Assembly: GCA_039630055.1 (NCBI GenBank)
Contig: JBCNVN010000004.1
Location: 1-64,000, forward strand
DNA length: 64,000 nucleotides
Origin: Candidatus Caldarchaeales archaeon
GTDB lineage: Archaea > Thermoproteota > Nitrososphaeria_A > Caldarchaeales > Wolframiiraptoraceae
Reading direction: 5' to 3'
The translations under genes were made by a program, and so were the position numbers. Positions 1 through 9,226 of this stretch are shown piece by piece. The stretch's first letter is position 1; each line of letters starts with the position of its first letter. A model generated the notes under the pieces. It made no database searches, was not told where the DNA came from, and saw nothing but the letters and a program-made list of their open reading frames with translations.

Positions 1-74
1 CCTATGAAGTTTACGAGATGGTTTCTGAAGAGACAGGGAGAACTCACAGGATATATCTCTACCTTGTAAAATAG
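1..74 (+). CDS. 3' end of a gene truncated by the window edge (..YEVYEMVSEETGRTHRIYLYLVK*)
   Basis: Open frame from base 3 to TAG at 72-74, followed by a T-rich tract at ~84-92. Confidence 0.35.
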   Translation, partial: YEVYEMVSEETGRTHRIYLYLVK

Positions 75-172
75 GCAAGTCAATTTCTTTTTAGCTGATA
101 TACTCTAAAATAACACCAATCGTTTGTTGATGGGTTAGTTTATTAAATACGGTTAGCCTAGAGTTGTAGAGG

Positions 173-1345
173 ATGGAGCTAATTGATCCATCAATAGCTC
201 TATTGGTCTCAGTAACACTCGTCATACTGCTTGTATTTAGAAAGGTAAATGTTGGAGTCTCTCTTGGAGTTGGAGCCATGCTTTATGGATTTCTCTCTCT
301 CGGATTAGATACATCACACATAGTTTTAGAGGCATTCAACATACAGATGATCCAGACATTAGTAGCATTAACACTATCAATGCTCTTGGCAGATATATAC
401 AATTCTGTTGGAGCCTCCAGCAAACTTATCGAGAGCTTTGAGGTTGTCGGTCCCAGATTTGCAGCATTCTCTACTCCCGCGGTTATAGGCTTGCTTCCTA
501 TGCCTGGAGGAGCATACGTCTCAGCCGTGGTTGTAGATCCCCTATATGAGAGTATGGGTTTAGGGAGAGAATTGAAGACATTCATAAACTACTGGTTTAG
601 ACATTTATGGTTAACCACTTGGCCCCTCTATCAAGGAGTGATCCTTGCATCAGGTCTACTAGGACTGTCTACAAGCTACATAATGGTCTTGAACATGCCG
701 ATTACTCTAGCTGCTCTTATCTCAGGTCTCATAATAGGACTTAAAGAGATCAAAAAGAATGAGAACGTACTAGGTAGAGCTTCAAACCGAGACCTTAAAA
801 AGTTAATCCATATATGGCCTTTCCCTCTTATAGCCATCTTAACCGTCGCCTTAAACTTAAACATCGTTTTCTCCATAGCCCTGACAACGATCCTATTCAT
901 ATTATTTTATAGACCAGGTGGCAGCAAGCTGTTACATGCTTTAAAGTATTCGGTCAACCCAACGTTTATTGGAGTAATAATCTTCTCATTTATATTTAGT
1001 GAATTTATTGAAAAAAGTAATGTTGCATATCATTTGACAGAGATCCTATCGGGATATGCTGAGATAGCCGTCTTTCTAATACCTCTAGTAATCGTTATGG
1101 GTACTGGAATAGAGTTCACATACATTGCATTGGCCTTTCCACCATTGATCCAGCTCTTTAATTCTGAAAGGCTCTTACTATCATTTACAGGAGGATTTAT
1201 AGGAGCTATGCTTACCCCCGCACATGCATGCCTCGTCATGTCCTCAGATTACTACAAGTCAGAACTACCAAAGACGTATAGATATATTATTCCATCTACA
1301 ATATTTACGACAGCTCTGATATTTTTATACGTATTCTTAATCTGA
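173..1345 (+). CDS. DUF401-family polytopic membrane protein (putative transporter)
   Basis: 390 aa, many hydrophobic segments, motifs IGLLPMPGGA and NYWFRH typical of DUF401. Confidence 0.75.
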   Translation: MELIDPSIALLVSVTLVILLVFRKVNVGVSLGVGAMLYGFLSLGLDTSHIVLEAFNIQMIQTLVALTLSMLLADIYNSVGASSKLIESFEVVGPRFAAFSTPAVIGLLPMPGGAYVSAVVVDPLYESMGLGRELKTFINYWFRHLWLTTWPLYQGVILASGLLGLSTSYIMVLNMPITLAALISGLIIGLKEIKKNENVLGRASNRDLKKLIHIWPFPLIAILTVALNLNIVFSIALTTILFILFYRPGGSKLLHALKYSVNPTFIGVIIFSFIFSEFIEKSNVAYHLTEILSGYAEIAVFLIPLVIVMGTGIEFTYIALAFPPLIQLFNSERLLLSFTGGFIGAMLTPAHACLVMSSDYYKSELPKTYRYIIPSTIFTTALIFLYVFLI

Positions 1346-1431
1346 AGGATAGAGTATAAATTTCTTCGACCTACCTCAAAATACTATAAATGCTGAAAAT
1401 AGTTATTAATCAACTGAATCCATCCTATAGT

Positions 1432-1806
1432 ATGAGTATTCAAGTAGGACTATCCTTTCGAGAAAAATATACTGTTACATCTGATCATACTGCTAAACAT
1501 ATAGGTTCTGGAAGTGTAGAGGTTTTAGCCACCCCTGCGATGATCATGTTTATGGAACGTACCTGCCGAGTTAACTTAGACAATCTCCTCACACCGGACC
1601 AGACCACCGTCGGAGTACATGTAGATGTTTACCATGTAAAACCTGCACCAGTCAATTCAGAGATCACGGTAGAAGCTAGACTGTTACATGTAGATGGAAG
1701 GAAACTTGTCTTCTATGTTATAGCATATTGGGGAGACACAGTGATAGGTTATGGATTACATGAAAGATATATTGTGAATAAGATAGAGTTTGCTAAGAAG
1801 GTTTAA
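1432..1806 (+). CDS. Hotdog-fold thioesterase, fluoroacetyl-CoA thioesterase (FlK)-like
   Basis: GSGSVEVLATPAMIMFME and TTVGVHVDVYH motifs; start placed at Met15 of the ORF-track frame. Confidence 0.8.
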   Translation: MSIQVGLSFREKYTVTSDHTAKHIGSGSVEVLATPAMIMFMERTCRVNLDNLLTPDQTTVGVHVDVYHVKPAPVNSEITVEARLLHVDGRKLVFYVIAYWGDTVIGYGLHERYIVNKIEFAKKV

Positions 1807-1811
1807 GGCTG

Positions 1812-3389
1812 TTATTCTACAACGGTTCTACTCTGCTCTCTAATAAATGTTAACAGGTAATGTGGTCCACCAACTCCTTTGCCAGTGGCTCCACTAGACT
1901 TCCATCCAACGAAAGTCTGTGCACCAGGCCATGCACCTGTCGTGGCCCCTCCACTCCTATTCGCATATAATACTCCAGACTCGATTCCTTCAAAGAAGTA
2001 TCTTATCTCCTCTTGATCCTCTGAGAATATCCCAGCGGTTAGACCATAGTCAGTATTGTTCGCTTCTCTTATAGCTTCATCCAGACTATCAAAAGTATCA
2101 ACTAATAATATTGGTAAGAATAACTCATTCTTAAACAGTTGATGATCTCTCCTTAGACCGGTAACAATAGTTGGTTGGACATAGTAACCTCTACTGTACT
2201 CACCTTCACTTAAGACTTCTCCACCATAGAGGATCTGACCCCCATCCTTCTTAGCGGTCTCAATATACTTCTTATAGTTCTCGTATGCCCGCTTATTGAT
2301 CACTGGGCCGAGGAATACTTCACGTTCACGTGGATCTCCTAACTTCAATTTTCCAACCTCTTTGACCAACTCTTCTAAAAACCTATCCTTGATATCCTTC
2401 TGGACATAAACTCTAGAGGTAGCAGAACATTTCTGCCCTCCATATCCAAAGGCAGCCCTAATAATCCCGCTTACGGCTTTTCTTAAATCTGCTTTATTAG
2501 TTACAATGGTTGGATTCTTACTTCCCATCTCTAGTATAATCGGTTTCGGGTATGGTTGAGAAGAGGTAAAACGCTTGTAAAGACGCATACCCACTTCTCT
2601 TGAACCTGTGAAGGCTATACCCGCAACATCTACATTTGTCACTATCTCATCCTCAAAGACATCTCCAGGACCTGTCAGATAATTTATCGCTTCTTTGGGT
2701 ACGCCTGCATCTATGTATACTTTGTAGAGTAGTAATCCAGTTAGAGGTGCATCGCTACTAGGCTTAAAGACTACTGTATTACCTGTGATTAGAGCTCCCT
2801 GTATCATACCATTAGCCAACATTAGTGGAAAATTGAATGGAGAGATTACCATCCATACACCGTAGGGTTTGGCCACCATTCTACATATCTCTCCAGGGCT
2901 TCCGGGGCCAAGCTCTAGCTCGTATCCATTCTTCTCCTCCATAATATTAGCATAATAATTCAATGCATCTATCGCTTCCCAACATTCTGCCAATGCTTCT
3001 AATCTATTCTTCCCAACCTCATATGTTATAACTGATGCTATCTCAAATTTTCTCTTATCGATCAGTTCAGCCGCTCTCCTCATTATCTTAACCCTCTCAC
3101 GCCAATTCTTCCTAGACCATCTTTCAAAACCTTGTTTAGCTATAGATACTGCTTCTCTAACATGTTCCCTAGTCGACTTCTGGAAATATCCAATCATGAT
3201 CGATGTATCTATAGGACTTCTATCTTCAAATTCTCCATCAGATGAGAAAAGTTCCCTATAGCCTATATGTATCGGATAATGCTTTCCAAAGTATTTTTCT
3301 GAGACTTTTCCCAGTGCTTCATCATACATTCGATGCATATCTTCATCAATCGTTAGAGAAGTATACATTATCTTCTTAGATGTATGCAT
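1812..3389 (-). CDS. Aldehyde dehydrogenase, P5C-dehydrogenase (RocA/PruA)-like
   Basis: ISPFNFP, FTGS, LEMGSKN, catalytic GQKCSA, ELFLP, YGLTAG motifs. Confidence 0.85.
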   Translation of the reverse strand: MHTSKKIMYTSLTIDEDMHRMYDEALGKVSEKYFGKHYPIHIGYRELFSSDGEFEDRSPIDTSIMIGYFQKSTREHVREAVSIAKQGFERWSRKNWRERVKIMRRAAELIDKRKFEIASVITYEVGKNRLEALAECWEAIDALNYYANIMEEKNGYELELGPGSPGEICRMVAKPYGVWMVISPFNFPLMLANGMIQGALITGNTVVFKPSSDAPLTGLLLYKVYIDAGVPKEAINYLTGPGDVFEDEIVTNVDVAGIAFTGSREVGMRLYKRFTSSQPYPKPIILEMGSKNPTIVTNKADLRKAVSGIIRAAFGYGGQKCSATSRVYVQKDIKDRFLEELVKEVGKLKLGDPREREVFLGPVINKRAYENYKKYIETAKKDGGQILYGGEVLSEGEYSRGYYVQPTIVTGLRRDHQLFKNELFLPILLVDTFDSLDEAIREANNTDYGLTAGIFSEDQEEIRYFFEGIESGVLYANRSGGATTGAWPGAQTFVGWKSSGATGKGVGGPHYLLTFIREQSRTVVE

Positions 3390-3528
3390 TTATTGTCGAT
3401 AGAATTTTCCCCCAGTATCTTATTAGTCTCCTCCAACTACTTAAGAAAATGTAGTCCGATAGATCTATCCAGTAATCATAGAATATCTCCTTTCCAATAT
3501 TTCAGAATATTTGTTATAACGATTATTA

Positions 3529-6021
3529 TTAGAAGAATTTTTCTAAGCTCGTTACACCGATTATCTTCTCAAAATCTATGTCTAATGCATCGAATACTTG
3601 TTCGAATGTTGAAGTAAGATATTCTACATATTTCTCTACATCCACGTTCTCTTTTCTAGCGAATTGGAGTGGTGTTACACCATCTCTATCCTTCGTCTTG
3701 ACATATTCGATTATATCTCCAGAGCCGACCTGTATTCCTTTCTGTATAAGTTTTCTGGCCGCCTTTACATGTGGAGGGGTTGTCTTGACATATCTCTCCA
3801 CACCTCTTGAGAGCATTATCTTAAAAGATAGGTCTTGTAATTCAAACTCACCATTCTTCAGTTTGTTATACCAGTTCCTAACAATCTCGTTTATAGTCTT
3901 CTTCGCTCTATCTAGATCTTCTTCATCTCTTACTTCTTTGAGAACTCTGACCATCTCATCGAAAGCTTCTTTAATGAACTTAGGTATGTGACGCTTCTTA
4001 CCTGTAAGCCCCTTGACATCGACTACTCCCTTATCTGTTACTCCGAGATAATTCTTCTTCCTCATAGAAAATACGATGTAGTTATATTTCTTATCTATCT
4101 CTAGGTCTAGACGTAGTTCTCTCCTAGCCCAGTAGAGCATCTCATCTATCATCTTTTCATCATTAGCTTTCAGGAAGATTGAATCAGTATCTCCATAGAT
4201 CACTTTTACATCCATAGATCTAGCTTTTTCTATAGTCTTAGAGAAAACATGTCTTGCGATAGCTGTAGTGCTCTCAGCTACAGGTGGACAGTATATTGGA
4301 AAGTTTTCGAAGCCGAAGACTCCGTAAGCTGCATTCAAGAAGACTTTTAAAGCTCTCTGAACAACAGAATACCATCTTCTCTGAGAATCGGTTAGAGAGG
4401 GATCGCTACTAAGTGGCTTATATACTTTCACCCTTATATCTCTTAGACATCCTATCAGCTCGCTCTGAATACCCTTCCTCTTACTGCATAGCCAATGGCT
4501 GGTCTCAGGTATAAGGTTGCCTTCACACTCTTTATGCGGGCATCTAACGGTCTCATAGCTAAGATTCCATTCTTTCAAGATCGAGGGATAGAGTGAGGCA
4601 AAGTCCAATACTATCACATCAAAATGAACTCCAGATATAGGTTCAACAACTATCGCACCCCTATACTTCTTCCCTTCTATTACAGGTTTTGTAGAGATTA
4701 CACCCTTCTCTTTTATCAACTCATCCGACCTAGGTATTAGGTATCCTCTTCTCCTATGCTCATAGTAGAGTAGGCTCTTAATCCATCCTGATACACCATG
4801 CCTACAGACATCCTCGATGGGAAGCCTGCTGATCCTAGATATAACTATGAGGAGTTTTAGGAGGAGTTCATCATCGAACGTTAAGAGTTCATGTACTAAT
4901 AAAGCATCATAGAAGCTATATTCTGCAAGCTCTCTACTGGTTAACTGACTGATTGGCTTCTCTATCACAACCTTTCCTTTACCTAAGATCGCTTGAGCGA
5001 TCGCCTCAAGGGTGTGCTCTCTATACTTATTGTCGAATGCATATATCTGGACACTCTTATTATTGAAGAACTTGTAGAGATCTATATGTACTCCTCTTCT
5101 TAAAGTTGCACCTTCTCTTCCCAGTGTTATAGGGATCTTATCTCTAGGGATATTAAGCTGCTCCCCTCTATGTCTCAGATAAGGCATATCGAAATCATCC
5201 CCATTAAATGTGGCCACTATAGGATATTCTTCCAAAACTTCATACACCTTCTTTAACATCTCTATCTCATCTTCAAATAAGACCACCTTGAATCCATCTA
5301 CTCTGACCTCATCATTATCTTGAGTCTTCAATAAGTAGACCTCTCTTCTACCATCACTCCCAATTAGAGATACTGCGACGACTTTATCACGAGCTTTTTC
5401 TGGCGAGGGGATGCGTGTAGCTATAGGTGACAAGACCTCTATATCTATAGAGATATGTTTGAGTCTCGGCTGCTCAGCCTCCATCAAAGCTACCCACTCT
5501 TCGATCGTCTTCTTCTCATCGAAGTCCAAGTCTTGAAAATATCTTTCTACCTTCTTTCTTATCTTTCCTCTATCTACTTCATATGGAATTATCTTTCCAT
5601 CGACTATTTGGTAGGATATGCTGGGTATAAGCCTTGTATCGTATAGGTAGCAGAGATGATACGGTATATCAGCCTCCCAAGCTTTTATCTTTTCTCGTAT
5701 AGAATTTGGTGTACCTCCTATAGTGAGAGGGTCATCCGCTATAATCTTTGTCATTTCAACCTCCTTGTCTCTAAGCAGGTCATATTTCTTCTCAACTTCA
5801 ATCCTTGAGACTCCATGCAATCTTAGATTCTCCACTTCTTCAACACTCTCTTTTACGTAACAGTATGGTTTATGTCCAGTCGAATCATAAACTATCTCTA
5901 CATGGTTATTCTCAATATCCAATAGTTTTAGGTAGGCTTTTCCCTGTCTTCCATCATAGCTACATCCTAGTAAGAAGTAGTTTTTGAGTTGTATGTGATC
6001 GTCGAGGATTGTCTGACTCAT
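3529..6021 (-). CDS. polB: Family B DNA polymerase (PolB1 type)
   Basis: ExoI DIEV, ExoII FNGDDFD, DFASLYPS, KVFLNAAYG, YGDTDS; N-terminal YD..GHKPY as in crenarchaeal/thaumarchaeal PolB1. Confidence 0.95.
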   Translation of the reverse strand: MSQTILDDHIQLKNYFLLGCSYDGRQGKAYLKLLDIENNHVEIVYDSTGHKPYCYVKESVEEVENLRLHGVSRIEVEKKYDLLRDKEVEMTKIIADDPLTIGGTPNSIREKIKAWEADIPYHLCYLYDTRLIPSISYQIVDGKIIPYEVDRGKIRKKVERYFQDLDFDEKKTIEEWVALMEAEQPRLKHISIDIEVLSPIATRIPSPEKARDKVVAVSLIGSDGRREVYLLKTQDNDEVRVDGFKVVLFEDEIEMLKKVYEVLEEYPIVATFNGDDFDMPYLRHRGEQLNIPRDKIPITLGREGATLRRGVHIDLYKFFNNKSVQIYAFDNKYREHTLEAIAQAILGKGKVVIEKPISQLTSRELAEYSFYDALLVHELLTFDDELLLKLLIVISRISRLPIEDVCRHGVSGWIKSLLYYEHRRRGYLIPRSDELIKEKGVISTKPVIEGKKYRGAIVVEPISGVHFDVIVLDFASLYPSILKEWNLSYETVRCPHKECEGNLIPETSHWLCSKRKGIQSELIGCLRDIRVKVYKPLSSDPSLTDSQRRWYSVVQRALKVFLNAAYGVFGFENFPIYCPPVAESTTAIARHVFSKTIEKARSMDVKVIYGDTDSIFLKANDEKMIDEMLYWARRELRLDLEIDKKYNYIVFSMRKKNYLGVTDKGVVDVKGLTGKKRHIPKFIKEAFDEMVRVLKEVRDEEDLDRAKKTINEIVRNWYNKLKNGEFELQDLSFKIMLSRGVERYVKTTPPHVKAARKLIQKGIQVGSGDIIEYVKTKDRDGVTPLQFARKENVDVEKYVEYLTSTFEQVFDALDIDFEKIIGVTSLEKFF

Positions 6022-6494
6022 CCCAGAATATCTATAACTGCCCTACTTATTTCCTTTACAATAATCATGTAGGTAGATACGTAATACAATAGAGAATTCA
6101 CTAAAAATTGTTGGCTTTAGAGAGCTAAATCTAGGTATCGATAGAGTATTTTAAACCAACATTTTGATAAAATTTTTAAATATCTATTTTCGCAGTTTTA
6201 CCTTATCGGGAAAATCTTTGATGATGTATGGAAAAATGAGAGAACTCTTCACCACTGGATAGTTGAAAAGATACATATCTTCATTTCTAGAATATCTTTG
6301 AGAGTTAATAGATTGTAGGGGCTCGCATACTCCATGATTATTATTCGAGGATTAGTGGACTGGGATTGGCCATTATAGTATAGAATCTACATTTATTATC
6401 ATTTAAGGATTAGCGTAGGTAACATTCTATAGGGTGGACTCGTAGAGATGGTGATAAGTTAATCGTAATATATTGTATCTTTCGTCTCTCTACA

Positions 6495-6992
6495 GTGAGT
6501 TTGATAGGCGATATCTATAGGAGGATAAGATCGATGTTTGAGGATTCACCTCATAGATTTAGCTGGATAGATGAAAATGTTGCAGGATGTGGAAGACCGG
6601 CAAGCTTCAATCAGGTTAAATGGGTTAAAGAAAGAGGAATAACGATGATAATATCTCTTACCGAGTCCCGGCTACCAGAAGAGTGGATAGAACCTTTAAA
6701 TATAAAATACCTGCACATCCCTATAAAAGACCATACAGCTCCAGAACCCGATACAATTAAAAAGATAGTTGAAGAAGTTATAAAAGAGGTAGATAGTGGA
6801 GGTAAAGTTTTAGTACATTGTGCTGCAGGTCTGGGAAGGACTGGGGTTATACTCGCCTCATATCTTTTAGTTAAGAAGAGGGTTCCACCGGAGGAGGGAA
6901 TAAGGATGGTTAGAGAGATGAGGCCAGGGTCTATTGAGCCACAACAAGAGAGATCGATCTACGAGTTCTACAGAAGGATAGGACAAGAATGA
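6495..6992 (+). CDS. Dual-specificity protein phosphatase (CX5R family)
   Basis: HCAAGLGRTG active site, IKDH general-acid loop, RPGSIE..Q motif; GTG start. Confidence 0.9.
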   Translation: MSLIGDIYRRIRSMFEDSPHRFSWIDENVAGCGRPASFNQVKWVKERGITMIISLTESRLPEEWIEPLNIKYLHIPIKDHTAPEPDTIKKIVEEVIKEVDSGGKVLVHCAAGLGRTGVILASYLLVKKRVPPEEGIRMVREMRPGSIEPQQERSIYEFYRRIGQE

Positions 6993-7006
6993 TGTCTCCT
7001 ATAATT

Positions 7007-9142
7007 TTAGAGCTGTTCAAGTATCTTCTCAGCGGTGCTTTTTCCAACACCTAAAACTCTCGCAATATCATCTAATGTCGCTGTTCTAAGTTTTTCCAGA
7101 GAAGTATAGCCAGACCTATACAGTGCCCTCGCTCTGACCCTTCCTATCCCCTTAAGCCTCGTCAAAGGTATCAACTCTTCCCTAACACCATATTTTATCC
7201 TCTCACTAAGTCTTTCAAATAGACTGACATAGAGACTGAACCCTCCAACCTTTGAGATCTGCGAAGCAGAGTATGCAATCCACTCGGATGCTTCTCTCAA
7301 GGCAAACATATCCCCAGGCTGTATTCCAAACTTGTCATATAATTCAGCTTCTGAAACTTCTTCAATCCAAGCTTCAAGCACCATCGCCAGCCTCACAGCT
7401 TCCAGATATTCTTCATATTCTTCATCTTCAGGATCCGGTATCGGTATAACCATCCCCTTTCTCTCTTTTTCTAATCGCTCCTCGAGGATATTTGGGTTCA
7501 ACTTCTTCATAGGGACTCTGGGAACCTCAGGCGTCGACACGATTAGATGTAATAACCCGAATGTGTTTGGGGATAAATGGTTTCTAGAGATGCTCCTGAT
7601 TATTATGTTCGCGGTTAATGGATCGATGTATAACTGTGCAACTCTCGCTCCAAGTTTCGTTGCTCGTAGACTCTGTCCATCAACCTCGATGAATCCACTT
7701 GATTCTAAAAATCTTATAGTCGACCTGATCTTATCTTTAATTATCGATGAACCATATAGATAACCTAAATATGTTTCTTGGAAGAACTTTAGAAGGCTGG
7801 AGATACTATCAACCTCAGCTGAAGATATTATTGCTAAGGTGTGCATCCTCAGATGCTTCTCTGAGGCTAGCCTTGAAGTTATCTTCTCAAGCTCTCCCCT
7901 AAGATATTCTTCAAATAGATATTCTTTCTCTTCATCTGTCCTAGAGATCGTAACAGCATATCCAACATCATCATACATCGGTCTACCTGCTCTTCCACAG
8001 AACTGTTTATACTCTATTACTGGTATCTTCTGGTATCCGTATCCAGGAACATACCTTTTAACCTCAGTTATCAATACTAGTCTAGCCGGAAGGTTTACCC
8101 CGGCTGCAAGGGTTGGAGTGGCCACTACAACCTTTAAGACTCTAGATTTAAAAGCTTCTTCAACTATTCTACGATGATGATATGAGAGTCCAGCATGATG
8201 GAATGCTACTCCTACCTCTACAAGCTTAGCTAGATTCTCTGTAAAACTACTCCTCTCTTCCAGTAACAGTTCTGTAGCATGTTCCCTAAGCTTCTCCCTA
8301 TCTTCCCAGTTTAAAGTGTCAAGCCTCTCTACAAAGGCTTGAGCTATCTTGAATGCATAATCTTCAGCCTTCTTCCTAGTTGAAGCAAAGACCAATGCTT
8401 GACCGCCTTCTTCAACAATATTCAACACAGCGTTGACCACTAAATTTTTACTTAATGGTTTTAACTCTTTTATCTCACCATTCTCGAACTCGATTATATT
8501 GTCTTTTAAGATACCTTCCCTCAATGGTACAGGTCTCCAATCTAATTGAATAACTTCTGCATCCAGCCATCTTCCAAGATCTTGTGCATTGCTTATAGTT
8601 GCGCTGAGACCTATATACTGGGCTCTAGGAATGATTCTCTTAAGTCTCGTTATAACCATCTCAAGCGTTGGACCCCGCTCATTATCACTTATCAAATGTA
8701 GCTCATCTAAGATTACAATTGTAACGTCTTTGATCCATGGCGCTCCATGTCTCAGAAGGCTGTCAGCCTTCTCATTTGTAGCGATTATTATATCGAATGC
8801 TTTAAGCCAGGGATCTGATGAATCGTAGTCGCCTGTCGAGACGGCCACCCTAAACCCAGTATCCAAACAAAGCACTTCATCTATCTCTACCATTTTTTCA
8901 GATGCTAATGCTCTCAAAGGTACTAGGTAAAGTACTTTACCCCCTCTGGAAAGATGTAGTGAGGCGGTTAGTAAAGCTATGAGAGTCTTACCTGAAGCTG
9001 TAGGCGTTGATATTATCATGTTTTTACCCTCTAAGATGCCTGCATTTATTGCTTCAACCTGAGGTGGATACAATTTTCTAATATTCTTATTACTTAGATT
9101 GTTGATTATGTATCTAGGCAACGGTAAATCTTCAATATTCAA
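7007..9142 (-). CDS. hel308: Hel308/Ski2-like SF2 DNA helicase
   Basis: PTASGKT, DELH, SAT, HHAGL, TLAAGVNLPA, GRAGRP, C-terminal HhH (GIGRVRARALY). Confidence 0.92.
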   Translation of the reverse strand: MNIEDLPLPRYIINNLSNKNIRKLYPPQVEAINAGILEGKNMIISTPTASGKTLIALLTASLHLSRGGKVLYLVPLRALASEKMVEIDEVLCLDTGFRVAVSTGDYDSSDPWLKAFDIIIATNEKADSLLRHGAPWIKDVTIVILDELHLISDNERGPTLEMVITRLKRIIPRAQYIGLSATISNAQDLGRWLDAEVIQLDWRPVPLREGILKDNIIEFENGEIKELKPLSKNLVVNAVLNIVEEGGQALVFASTRKKAEDYAFKIAQAFVERLDTLNWEDREKLREHATELLLEERSSFTENLAKLVEVGVAFHHAGLSYHHRRIVEEAFKSRVLKVVVATPTLAAGVNLPARLVLITEVKRYVPGYGYQKIPVIEYKQFCGRAGRPMYDDVGYAVTISRTDEEKEYLFEEYLRGELEKITSRLASEKHLRMHTLAIISSAEVDSISSLLKFFQETYLGYLYGSSIIKDKIRSTIRFLESSGFIEVDGQSLRATKLGARVAQLYIDPLTANIIIRSISRNHLSPNTFGLLHLIVSTPEVPRVPMKKLNPNILEERLEKERKGMVIPIPDPEDEEYEEYLEAVRLAMVLEAWIEEVSEAELYDKFGIQPGDMFALREASEWIAYSASQISKVGGFSLYVSLFERLSERIKYGVREELIPLTRLKGIGRVRARALYRSGYTSLEKLRTATLDDIARVLGVGKSTAEKILEQL

Positions 9143-9226
9143 TCTTCATCAACCTACTTAATATACTGAGATAAATTATTAAAATCTATATTTTGGCGTT
9201 GGACTAAGACCTTCAACATGATTCTG

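Noticed and set aside
3529-6021. Intein in PolB
   Set aside because: Length and motif spacing are normal, with no intein blocks
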